Origin: Clostridia bacterium
GTDB taxonomy: Bacteria; Bacillota; Clostridia; Oscillospirales; CAG-272
Assembly: GCA_017502135.1 (NCBI GenBank)
Contig: JAFVVP010000005.1
Span: 180,811-244,810, forward strand
Reading direction: 5' to 3'
DNA: 64,000 nucleotides
Part shown: piece by piece, positions 55,527 to 64,000 of the stretch
How positions within the stretch are numbered: position 1 is the first letter of the stretch
Layout: every line of letters starts with the position of its first letter
Notes under the pieces: model-generated
What the model was told of the DNA's origin: nothing
Database searches by the model: none
The model's input: only the letters and a program-made list of their open reading frames with translations
Made by a program: the position numbers and the translations under genes

Positions 55527-56987
55527 CTATCGGCGCTCTGCGCCTTTTTCTTTTTCACACATTGATTTATACAGTTCTATATACTTCCGGGCGGACATAC
55601 TCCAGGAAAAGTCCATCGTCATCACGCGCTCGACGAGCGCTCCCCACTTCACTCTGTCTCGGTAGAGATCAAGCGCAGCCTCCAGCGCGTTCATCATTTC
55701 GTGCGCATTATAATTCGTAAATGAGAACCCGTTTCCTTCAGTCGTAAATTTGTTGTACGGCTTTATCGTATCGGCAAGGCCGCCCGTCTCTCTGACAACC
55801 GGCACTGTCCCATATCGAGATGCAATCATCTGTGCAAGCCCACACGGCTCGCTCCTCGACGGCATCAAAAACAAATCCGCACCCGCATAAAACTTTTTCG
55901 AGAGGGGTTTATTATATTCGAGTTTCGCCGCAAATTTCCCGGGAAATCTTTGCGCTATCTGCGCAAAATACGCTTCCAGTTCAGGCTCACCCGTCCCGAG
56001 AAGTGCCATCTGCACATCGTTTCTACCGAGAAACTCTTCCAGGATGTGTTTTACGAGATCAAATCCCTTATGAGATGCAAGACGGGAAACCATAGCGATG
56101 AGGGGCACCGAAGGATCTTCTGAAAATCCGCAAATTCTCTGCAACTCTGCTTTATTGATGGCCTTACCTCGTGTGTCAGTGGCGGAGAAATTGGCTTTGA
56201 TATCCGTGTCCGTTTCGCTGTTATAATAGTCAACGTCGATTCCGTTTAGGATTCCCGAGATCTTTCCCGCATTCATTCTGAGAACGGGGGCAAGCCCGCA
56301 AGAATAATAATCCGTCATAATCTCCGAAGCGTACCTCGGGCTGACCGTGTTTACCCAATCCGCTAAACTAACAGCGCCTTTCATAAGATTGATCGCACCG
56401 TTATACTCAACCGTCGGGCGATCCCACTCCGCAAGTTCGAAAACATCCGCAAGGGTATCGAAATTGTAAACGCCCTGATACTCGATATTATGAATGGTAA
56501 AAAGGACTTTGGTAGAGTCAAACCGCGGATCAAGTCCCAATTTTCTTTTGAGATAGATGACAAGCGGCGCTGACTGCCAATCATTTGCATGTATTACATC
56601 AGGAAAATAAGGAAGTGCCGGCATAAACTCAAGCACCGCTTTCCCGAAAAAAGCAAACCTCTCGCCGTCATCATAATTGCCGTACAGAAATTCACGGTTG
56701 AAATAATATTCGTTATCAATAAAATAAAAGGTTACGCCATCCTTGACGACACTGTAAACGCCCATATACTGATTGCGCCAGGAAAGCCGAACATTAGTCT
56801 CGAGTTCTTTCTTCAGAATCTCACCGTATTTTTCTTTCACAGACGGAAACATCGGAATAACAACACGAACGTCAGCGCCCTCTCCGAGCACTTTTTTCAC
56901 GTCTGCGGGAAGAGATCCCATAACGTCCCCAAGTCCGCCCGTTGCAGAAAACGGCATCGCTTCGGATGCAACGTACAGTATTTTCAT
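55527..56987 (-). CDS. glgA: glycogen synthase GlgA
   Basis: MKILYVASEAMPFSATGGLGDV (KxGGL-type motif) and a GT5 C-terminal region. Confidence 0.95.
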   Translation of the reverse strand: MKILYVASEAMPFSATGGLGDVMGSLPADVKKVLGEGADVRVVIPMFPSVKEKYGEILKKELETNVRLSWRNQYMGVYSVVKDGVTFYFIDNEYYFNREFLYGNYDDGERFAFFGKAVLEFMPALPYFPDVIHANDWQSAPLVIYLKRKLGLDPRFDSTKVLFTIHNIEYQGVYNFDTLADVFELAEWDRPTVEYNGAINLMKGAVSLADWVNTVSPRYASEIMTDYYSCGLAPVLRMNAGKISGILNGIDVDYYNSETDTDIKANFSATDTRGKAINKAELQRICGFSEDPSVPLIAMVSRLASHKGFDLVKHILEEFLGRNDVQMALLGTGEPELEAYFAQIAQRFPGKFAAKLEYNKPLSKKFYAGADLFLMPSRSEPCGLAQMIASRYGTVPVVRETGGLADTIKPYNKFTTEGNGFSFTNYNAHEMMNALEAALDLYRDRVKWGALVERVMTMDFSWSMSARKYIELYKSMCEKEKGAERR

Positions 56988-58117
56988 AGCATTTTTCCTT
57001 TATCGATGTAATACGGCTGTTCTTCACATCCGGCGAGCATACGTCCATCCCGAACGACGGCATTCTTATCGCTTATAACGTATTTCAGGCATACGCCCTC
57101 TCCTAAAAACGTGTCCTGCATCAGTATGCAGTTTGACACCGTGCATTTTCTGCCGATCTTCACCCCACGGAAAAGAATACTGTTTTCCACCGTTCCCTCA
57201 ACGACACAACCGTCTGCTATAAGTGAATTCTTTACGCTTGAATCGGGACTGTAATACGTCGGTGATGAATTGCGGACCTTCGTGTAAACCGGTCTGTCCT
57301 TCATCCGAAACAACGATTCGCGCGCATACTGGTTTGTGATAAGCTCCATATTACAGCGGTAATAGTCAGCCAAGGATGAAACGCAAGCGAAATATCCGTC
57401 GTAATTATACACACGATAATTCATTTTACCCATACGGCGCCTTATAATATCTCTTGTGAAACTCGTATAATTGTAGGTAACGGCATCCCGTATGATCTCA
57501 AGGAGATACTCGGTTCTGACAGCCACGATATTGAGGCTGACGTTCGCCTCACCGGAAAATTGGACAGGATTTGCCTTAACATCCGTTATACGGCCGCTCT
57601 CATCCGTTTTAAACAAAACGTTGCTCCGTGCCTGTTCCGGTGTGAGACGCATTCTTTTTACCGCTATGGTAATATCCGCTCCGTTCGCTATATGATCACG
57701 AAGAATATCGTTGAGATCCACATTGCATATGACATCGCAATCACTCATGATAACGTATTCATCCTGAATGTGTCTAAGGGTGTTATAGACGCTTTTAAGC
57801 GCTTCCAGCCGCGAAGTGTATAACGTCCGCTCCCGTGCGTCAAACGCCGAGATAAACGGCGGCAAAATTTTTATCCCACCAAAGCGGCGCGCCAAATCCC
57901 AGTCCTTGCCGCTTCCTATATGAGACATGAGCGACTGGTAATTGTTATGTGCGATGATATATACGTTGTTTATGTTGGAGTTCACCATATTGGAAAGAGT
58001 GAAATCCACGAAACGGTATCTGCATCCGAACGGAACGGATGCGAGCGTTCTCACACGCGTGAGCTGTGGGATATTCGCATCGTGCATATTCGAAAAAATG
58101 ATTCCTGTAACAGCCAT
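56984..58117 (-). CDS. glgD: glucose-1-phosphate adenylyltransferase regulatory subunit GlgD
   Basis: GlgC paralogue lacking the GGxGxRL motif (..TLASVPFGCRYRFVDFTLSNMVNS..). Conserved position between glgC and glgA. Confidence 0.9.
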   Translation of the reverse strand: MAVTGIIFSNMHDANIPQLTRVRTLASVPFGCRYRFVDFTLSNMVNSNINNVYIIAHNNYQSLMSHIGSGKDWDLARRFGGIKILPPFISAFDARERTLYTSRLEALKSVYNTLRHIQDEYVIMSDCDVICNVDLNDILRDHIANGADITIAVKRMRLTPEQARSNVLFKTDESGRITDVKANPVQFSGEANVSLNIVAVRTEYLLEIIRDAVTYNYTSFTRDIIRRRMGKMNYRVYNYDGYFACVSSLADYYRCNMELITNQYARESLFRMKDRPVYTKVRNSSPTYYSPDSSVKNSLIADGCVVEGTVENSILFRGVKIGRKCTVSNCILMQDTFLGEGVCLKYVISDKNAVVRDGRMLAGCEEQPYYIDKGKML

Positions 58118-58134
58118 CGTATAGCCTCCTTTCT

Positions 58135-59337
58135 TTATCCGTGCTCTCTTGCGTATCCCTCAGCGACGATCACCCCACCGGGGATTTTCTCTCCGGCTTT
58201 TATTAGGGCCGAGCTGCCAACGACTGTAACGTTTTCCTCATCGGCTTTGGCTCGCCCAACGACCGCACCTGCCTCGATCGTCACATCCGCGTCGATAATA
58301 CTGTAATTGACAGTTGCTCCCTCGCCGATCTCAACATTCTGCATAATGACGGAATCTTTTACGAGCGCGCCCTTCGCGACACGAACGCCGCCGGAAAGAA
58401 CACAATTCTCAACGACCCCATATATCTCGCATCCCCCGGCAACCAAGGAATCGGTGACACGCCCCGATTCGCCTATGAGATGCGGCGGTTCAGCGTTATT
58501 CCTCGAATAAATACGCCATTTCGGATCGGATATATCAAAGTTCGGAACGACCCCCAACAGATCCATATTCGCCTCCCAAAGCGAATGGAGCGTTCCTACA
58601 TCCTTCCAATATCCCAAAAAAGGATACGCATAGAGACGGCATCCGTCGCGAAGCATTGCAGGGATTACGTTTTTACCAAAATCGTTTGCAGACGTGGGAT
58701 CTGCCTCGTCCCGTTTCAGGTATTCTTCCAAAACAGATCGGCGGAATATATATATCCCCATAGATGCCTTCGTGCTTTTAGGCTTCGGCGGTTTCTCCTC
58801 AAATTCTGTGATTCGCCCGTCGTCATCCGTCGTCATAATGCCAAACCGGCTTGCTTCTTCAATGGGCACATCGAGCAGTGCAATCGTGCAGTCTGCCCCT
58901 TTCTCTTTATGAACGCGGAGCATTTTGCTGTAATCCATTTTGTAAATGTGATCGCCGGAAAGAATGAGCACGTGATCGGGATCGTAGCGGTTTATAAAAT
59001 CAAGGTTCTGGTAGATTGCGTTCGCCGTCCCCTTGTACCAATCCGCGCCGTTTTTACCTTGATACGGCGGCAGGATCGTAACCCCGCTTGCCGTACGGTC
59101 AAGATCCCACGGCTGACCGTTTCCGATATACTCGTTCAGTTGGAGCGGCTGGTACTGCGTCAAAACTCCTACCGTGCAGATCCCCGAATGAATACAGTTT
59201 GACAGCGGAAAATCAATGATCCGGTACTTGCCTCCGAACACAACAGCCGGCTTTGCAGTTTTTTCCGTCAGAACATAGAGCCTCGAGCCTTGCCCGCCCG
59301 CTAAAAGCATGGCGACACATTCTGTTTTCTTATACAT
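58135..59337 (-). CDS. glgC: glucose-1-phosphate adenylyltransferase GlgC
   Basis: [38 protein letters not shown]. Confidence 0.95.
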   Translation of the reverse strand: MYKKTECVAMLLAGGQGSRLYVLTEKTAKPAVVFGGKYRIIDFPLSNCIHSGICTVGVLTQYQPLQLNEYIGNGQPWDLDRTASGVTILPPYQGKNGADWYKGTANAIYQNLDFINRYDPDHVLILSGDHIYKMDYSKMLRVHKEKGADCTIALLDVPIEEASRFGIMTTDDDGRITEFEEKPPKPKSTKASMGIYIFRRSVLEEYLKRDEADPTSANDFGKNVIPAMLRDGCRLYAYPFLGYWKDVGTLHSLWEANMDLLGVVPNFDISDPKWRIYSRNNAEPPHLIGESGRVTDSLVAGGCEIYGVVENCVLSGGVRVAKGALVKDSVIMQNVEIGEGATVNYSIIDADVTIEAGAVVGRAKADEENVTVVGSSALIKAGEKIPGGVIVAEGYAREHG

Positions 59338-59382
59338 GTTCCCACCTCCAATAATATTGTCTCAAAAAGTTCTTATGCCTGT

Positions 59383-61356
59383 TTAATTCCCGTCCCCTTT
59401 CCTTTTTACCAGTACTTTTCTTAAAAGAATACCGCTGAGCGGCGGGAGCGACAGGGAGAGAAAATGCTTTATTGTACCGTCCTCCCCAATAACTTTTTTC
59501 GTTTTAACCACACCGTTTTCGAAGCCCTCACCCCCAAAAGAAACCGCGTCGGTGGAGAGGATTTCTTCATAATCCCCGCCTTTTGGTACGCACAGAACGA
59601 CCCCCTCGCGCTGTACCGGCACGAAATTTAAAACAGCAATCACTTCCTTACCGGCGCTGTTCATTCTTCGGTACGAGAGCACGCCTTCTTCGGCATTATT
59701 GGGGTCAATCCAGGAAAATCCGTCCCATCCGTCATCAATCTCCCAAAGCGAACTGTTCTCAAGATACAGATGATTCAGCGTTTTTACAAACTCTTTCATC
59801 TGTGCATGACGCGGATACCGAAGTAAAAACCATTCGAGACTGTTTCCATAATCCCATTCGCAAAACTGTGCAAATTCCGTCCCCATAAAGGTAAGTTTTT
59901 TGCCGGGCATCGTCATAAAATAAACCATAAACGTTCGCATCGTACGGAACTTATCCTCGTACGATCCGAACACTTTATCGACCAAAGATTTTTTACCGTG
60001 GACGACCTCGTCGTGCGAGATCGGCAGGATATAGTTTTCCGAAAACGCGTACACAAGCGGAAACGTCAGCTTCGTGTGCATCCAGCGCCTGTATATGGGA
60101 TCCGCCGCCAGATATTCGAACATATCGTTTGAAAAGCCCATATTCCACTTAAAATTAAAACCGAGGCCTCCATCATATACAGGCTTTGTGATCATCGGCC
60201 AAGCCGTTGATTCCTCCGCAATCATAAGTGCCTCGGGGAACTCCCCGAACACAGCGGTATTGAGTTTTTGGAAAAAGGCGATTGCCTCCAAATTATGATT
60301 ATTCCCCTCCGCATTAGGGATCCACTCCCCCGGCGCACGGTCATAATCAAGATAAAGCATTGACGCGACTGCATCCACACGGAGGCCGTCTACGTGATAC
60401 TCCCGAAACCAGAAGAGTGCGTTCGATACCAAAAAGGATTGAACTTCCGTGCGTCCAACGTCAAAGCAACGCGTCCCCCAGCCTTTATGCTCCATACGGT
60501 CCATTCCCTGATACTCGTACAAGGGAGCACCGTCAAACTCATACAACCCGTGTGCATCCTTCGGGAAATGCGCGGGCACCCAATCGAGGATCACGCCGAG
60601 CCCGGCTTTGTGCATAGTATCGACAAAATATTTAAAATCCTCCGGCGATCCGTACCGTGCGGTAGGCGCATAATATCCGGTAATCTGATACCCCCACGAT
60701 CCGTCATACGGATGTTCCATGATCGGCATCAGTTCCACATGCGTGTATCCCATCTCAAGAAGGTACAAAGCGAGACGATCGGCGTATTCTCTGTAGCCAA
60801 GATAATGTGCACCATCTGATTCTTTGTACCACGAACCGAGATGCACCTCATAAATATTCATCGGCACGGAGAAATAATGCTGTTTCTTCTTTCCCGGTTT
60901 TGGGAAAACTTTTTTCCTTCTCTCTCTGATCCACGCAGCGTCTCCCCATTCATAGGGGATTTCCGTCCGAATCACAGACGCAGTGTTTTGGAGCGTCTGT
61001 TGAGAGAGTGCATACGGATCTGCCTTCAGAAATGCTCTTTCTCCTCTTACGATCGCATACTTATAAAAGCTCCCCTCAAGGGAACGGTCGCTTACAATCG
61101 TAAGTTCCCACACACCGGAATTCTCTCCTCTGTTCATTTGATATTCCCAGTTCCAATCGGAGAAATCGCCTACCGTATATACTCTGTCGGCATTCGGCGC
61201 CCACACGCGAAACGTATAGATGTATTCTTCACTTTCGGGCATTTTTCCGCCGTGCACGCCGAGATATTCGTACGATGCAAAATTCGTTCCCTGGTGGAAA
61301 AGGTATCCCGCAAGATCATCTTTATTCGTTTGTTCGGATTTATATATCATTTCCAC
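59383..61356 (-). CDS. glgB: 1,4-alpha-glucan branching enzyme GlgB
   Basis: GH13 branching-enzyme regions (ILDWVPAHF, GLRVDAVASM, IAEESTAW, SHDEVVHGK). GTG start at 61356, with an alternative ATG two codons downstream. Confidence 0.95.
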   Translation of the reverse strand: MEMIYKSEQTNKDDLAGYLFHQGTNFASYEYLGVHGGKMPESEEYIYTFRVWAPNADRVYTVGDFSDWNWEYQMNRGENSGVWELTIVSDRSLEGSFYKYAIVRGERAFLKADPYALSQQTLQNTASVIRTEIPYEWGDAAWIRERRKKVFPKPGKKKQHYFSVPMNIYEVHLGSWYKESDGAHYLGYREYADRLALYLLEMGYTHVELMPIMEHPYDGSWGYQITGYYAPTARYGSPEDFKYFVDTMHKAGLGVILDWVPAHFPKDAHGLYEFDGAPLYEYQGMDRMEHKGWGTRCFDVGRTEVQSFLVSNALFWFREYHVDGLRVDAVASMLYLDYDRAPGEWIPNAEGNNHNLEAIAFFQKLNTAVFGEFPEALMIAEESTAWPMITKPVYDGGLGFNFKWNMGFSNDMFEYLAADPIYRRWMHTKLTFPLVYAFSENYILPISHDEVVHGKKSLVDKVFGSYEDKFRTMRTFMVYFMTMPGKKLTFMGTEFAQFCEWDYGNSLEWFLLRYPRHAQMKEFVKTLNHLYLENSSLWEIDDGWDGFSWIDPNNAEEGVLSYRRMNSAGKEVIAVLNFVPVQREGVVLCVPKGGDYEEILSTDAVSFGGEGFENGVVKTKKVIGEDGTIKHFLSLSLPPLSGILLRKVLVKRKGDGN

Positions 61357-61387
61357 AGCCGCCTCATTTCAGTAAAAACTTTTCCAA

Positions 61388-61414
61388 AAATATTCTTTCC
61401 CTCAAAGAATATTT
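61388..61414. repeat. 11-bp-arm inverted repeat AAATATTCTTT-ccctc-AAAGAATATTT upstream of glgB
   Basis: Read directly from the sequence. It lies between the trk terminator and the glgB start. The outer 8-mers are identical to the palindrome at 50555-50572. Confidence 0.7.
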
Positions 61415-61439
61415 GTATTCCGCTACCCCTTAAAAAATG

Positions 61440-61480
61440 CACAAAAAAAGGATGCGTGCACTCTGCGTACACACATCCTT
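61440..61480 (-). terminator. intrinsic terminator after the trkH-trkA genes
   Basis: The minus-strand RNA has a 13-bp stem (61479-61467 pairs with 61461-61449, including 2 G.U), followed by a U-run from the A-run at 61448-61442. Confidence 0.8.
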
Positions 61481-61495
61481 TTAGGTATACCTTTA

Positions 61496-62149
61496 TTACT
61501 GAAGACGTTTCGTAAGTTTTTCCAGTTTTTCGTCCGTTCCCATGACCGTAATCGTATCATCAGCGGCGAAAGGAACATCCGGCGCCGGGGAAACGTCCAG
61601 TTTTCCGTTTCGGCGGACAGCAATAACGGTGATTCCGTAGTGACGTCTGATATTAAGGGCGATAATGGACTGCCCAACCCACGTTTCCGGCACACGGATC
61701 TCCGCTATGGAATACTCTTCTGCAAAACTGAAATAATCAATTACATCTTTTTTTACGAGGATTTGGGCCAGTCGATCACCCATATCTTCCTCCGGGAAAA
61801 CGACCATATCGGCGCCCAGTTTTTGGAGAACTTTGCGATGCCGCGCATTCATAGCCCGCGCGACTACCTCGCCGATGCCGATTTCTTTGAGTGTCATCGT
61901 CGCTAAAATGCTGTCATTCATATTATCGTCAATGCAAACGACGGCACAATCGTAATCTGTAACACCGGCACGGCGGAGCACCGCTTCGCTTGTGGGGTCG
62001 CCCACAACGGCATTCGTCACCTTATTTGCAATTGCGTTTACTGCTTCTTCATCCTCACTGATAACGAGCACTTGATGCCGCTTTTCCGAAAGTGATTCTG
62101 CAAGCGCCACACCAAAACATCCAAGTCCGATAATGCAAAAACTTCTCAT
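61496..62149 (-). CDS. TrkA/KtrA-family K+ uptake regulatory (RCK) subunit
   Basis: ORF 61496..62173, with the start moved to MRSFCIIGLGCFG (Rossmann GxGxxG; AGGAAAGGA SD). Confidence 0.9.
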   Translation of the reverse strand: MRSFCIIGLGCFGVALAESLSEKRHQVLVISEDEEAVNAIANKVTNAVVGDPTSEAVLRRAGVTDYDCAVVCIDDNMNDSILATMTLKEIGIGEVVARAMNARHRKVLQKLGADMVVFPEEDMGDRLAQILVKKDVIDYFSFAEEYSIAEIRVPETWVGQSIIALNIRRHYGITVIAVRRNGKLDVSPAPDVPFAADDTITVMGTDEKLEKLTKRLQ

Positions 62150-62177
62150 AATTCCGATTCCTTTCCTAACCACGGTT

Positions 62178-63551
62178 TTATCCGATCATAAACTGTGCGT
62201 CCGCATAGTGCATCTGATTGTCTTCGTCACGGCTCCTATCGTGAAGTGCCGCTGTCACCGTAAGAATTCCGACACGGCCGAAGAACATAAGAAGCATAAT
62301 GACAACCCGTGCCATAGCGCCAAGCGCAGGAGTGAGTGAAAGCGAGAGACCAACCGTTCCACTCGCAGAAAAAGTCTCAAAAAGCGCCGAAATCATATCG
62401 ACACCCTGTCCAACAAGAAAAGTGGCCGCAAACACGGTGATTCCAAACTGCACGGCCGTCAAGGCAAACACCCTTGTGATATCTGCGCTTGAAACAGTTC
62501 TGCGAAAGAGCGACACACGTTTTTTACCAATCGCAAACTGCCAAACGGCCGCAATGAAAACGCCAAAGGTAGCAACCTTCACGCCGCCCGCCGTAGAACC
62601 GGATGCACCACCTACAAACATAAGGAGCAAAAACAGGATCTTAGGGACACCGCCCGCGGCGGCAAGGTTTATCGTATTAAATCCCGCAGTGCGCATCGTT
62701 ACAGACTGAAAGAGTGCGGCCAGACATTTATCCCCGACAGACAACTTGCCGAGCGTTTCAGGGTTATTCCATTCCGCCACGGCAACAACGAGTGCACCGA
62801 TCAGCCAAAGAAAAGCAGAAACAGTTAATACAAGTGTAGTATACGATGATACACGCCTGCGTTTTTTAATAAAGCATAAGAGATCCTCCCATACGACAAA
62901 ACCGATGCCGCCGATGGCGATCAGAAGTACAAGCGTCAGGCTGACCAAGGGATCATCGACAAAATAAGTCATGCTGGAAAAAGGACCGGTGAACGAACCC
63001 ATAAGATCGAACCCCGCATTACAAAACGCAGATACGGCGTGGAATACGCTCCGCCAGATACCTGAGCCCGCTCCGAAAAGCGGTATAAAACGAATGGAAA
63101 GAAGCAACGCGCCGAACAGTTCGACAAGGAGCGTACCGCGCACGATCCGTCCGACGAGAGGCAGAACGCCGTCAAACGACGTAAGATTATACGAGTTGGC
63201 CAACACCAACCGTTCGCGCGGCGATATGCGGCGGCGTATCATCATGGAGAGCAAAACTGCCATCGTCATAAAGCCAAGGCCGCCGATCTGTATCATAACA
63301 AGAATTACGATATGTCCGAAAAGGCTCCAGAACGTTGCGGTATCTACCACAACGAGTCCAGTTACGCACGTTGCGCTGACAGCGGTAAAGAGACAGGTGA
63401 GAAACGGTGCTGATTCACCGGACGAGGTAGCAATCGGCAAATGAAGAAGAAGCGCGCCCGCCAAAATCAGAAATAGAAATCCAATAACGATAATCTGCGT
63501 TGCGGAAAATCCGCGGCGCAAACGGTTGGTAACCAGAGACAAACGAAGCAT
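62178..63551 (-). CDS. TrkH/KtrB-family K+ transporter membrane subunit
   Basis: 457 aa polytopic protein with repeated pore-loop G motifs (..TGLVVVD.., ..NAGFDL.., ..RTAGFNT.., ..SGTVGLS..). Confidence 0.9.
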   Translation of the reverse strand: MLRLSLVTNRLRRGFSATQIIVIGFLFLILAGALLLHLPIATSSGESAPFLTCLFTAVSATCVTGLVVVDTATFWSLFGHIVILVMIQIGGLGFMTMAVLLSMMIRRRISPRERLVLANSYNLTSFDGVLPLVGRIVRGTLLVELFGALLLSIRFIPLFGAGSGIWRSVFHAVSAFCNAGFDLMGSFTGPFSSMTYFVDDPLVSLTLVLLIAIGGIGFVVWEDLLCFIKKRRRVSSYTTLVLTVSAFLWLIGALVVAVAEWNNPETLGKLSVGDKCLAALFQSVTMRTAGFNTINLAAAGGVPKILFLLLMFVGGASGSTAGGVKVATFGVFIAAVWQFAIGKKRVSLFRRTVSSADITRVFALTAVQFGITVFAATFLVGQGVDMISALFETFSASGTVGLSLSLTPALGAMARVVIMLLMFFGRVGILTVTAALHDRSRDEDNQMHYADAQFMIG

Positions 63552-63583
63552 CTCCTTTCAAAAATATTACAACGAATGACAGA

Positions 63584-64000
63584 TCAGGCGTTTTTCCACG
63601 TACTGCGAGCAAAAAGCGCTAACACCGGAAAAATTTCAAGACGACCGGCAAGCATATCTGCAGAAAGCACCAATTTGGAAAGGACACTATATCCACCGTA
63701 ATGGCTGGCAGGCCCCACAGAATCAAACCCGGGACCAATATTATTAAAGCACGCAATCACGGCAGAAAAATGTGTAGTGGTTGAATAATCATCAAGCGAC
63801 AGAATCAGAAAACTCACAAGAACAATAATCACATACGCCGCCAGATACATTCCCGTATTGGCAACCACGCGTTCATCAACCATTTGCCCGTCCTTTCGGA
63901 TAATCTCCACCTTTTGCGGGTGGAGCGTAAGGCGAATGTTTCGGCGAAGGCTTTTGAGAAGAAGCAACACGCGCACACATTTTATGCCACCGCCCGTACT
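63584..64000 (-). CDS. second TrkH-family K+ transporter subunit, C-terminal part only (N-terminus beyond the window)
   Basis: The frame stays open to the window edge. ..FNNIGPGFDSVGP...LSKLVLSADMLAGRLEIFPVL.. is the conserved TrkH C-terminus. Confidence 0.8.
   Translation of the reverse strand, partial: STGGGIKCVRVLLLLKSLRRNIRLTLHPQKVEIIRKDGQMVDERVVANTGMYLAAYVIIVLVSFLILSLDDYSTTTHFSAVIACFNNIGPGFDSVGPASHYGGYSVLSKLVLSADMLAGRLEIFPVLALFARSTWKNA

Noticed and set aside
1-64000. A scan for CRISPR arrays, tandem or long dispersed repeats, transposases, integrases, phage or toxin-antitoxin modules, restriction-modification or other defence genes, and tRNA/rRNA genes.
   Set aside because: None was found by reading the ORF translations and intergenic DNA. 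All gaps larger than about 60 nt are accounted for by promoters, terminators or the SRP RNA. A by-eye scan cannot exclude short or degenerate repeats.

Overview
This window looks like chromosomal core from a Firmicutes/Clostridia-type anaerobe, and probably a spore former. That placement rests on gene content and synteny, because no database search was possible. The supporting neighbourhoods are SRP RNA-dnaX-ybaB-recR, ecfA1-ecfA2-ecfT-truA, nusB-xseA-xseB-ispA-tlyA-nadK-argR-recN, glgB-C-D-A, and whiA with a SleL-like gene. Coding density is very high, with about 62 CDS, many of them coupled by 1-8 nt start/stop overlaps. I found one unannotated RNA gene (a long-form SRP RNA), eight near-consensus sigma-A promoters with exact 17-nt spacers, and several intrinsic terminators. 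I saw no CRISPR array, transposase, integrase, phage gene, tRNA/rRNA gene or recognisable defence island. Most of the window is therefore ordinary housekeeping DNA. The best candidate for an under-described system is at the left end (1-4673). There, two DRTGG proteins, two GHKL ATPases, a PHP phosphoesterase and a HydS-like H-cluster protein sit inside a NuoE/2Fe-2S hydrogenase operon. The second candidate is a full-length P-type ATPase homologue with degenerate catalytic signatures (5760-8414). It lies 8 nt downstream of a ClpC-type AAA+ protein whose N-domain is replaced by a ClpX-like zinc ribbon (8423-10759). Smaller observations are two intergenic palindromes sharing the half-site AAATATTC/GAATATTT, an ARG box in front of argR, an inverted repeat over the padR promoter, a truncated WhiA, a TsaD paralogue in the nusB operon, and a ruvAB operon that also encodes DUF951, YfhO and RadC. 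All functional calls come from my own reading of the translated ORFs and should be confirmed with HMM or BLAST searches.
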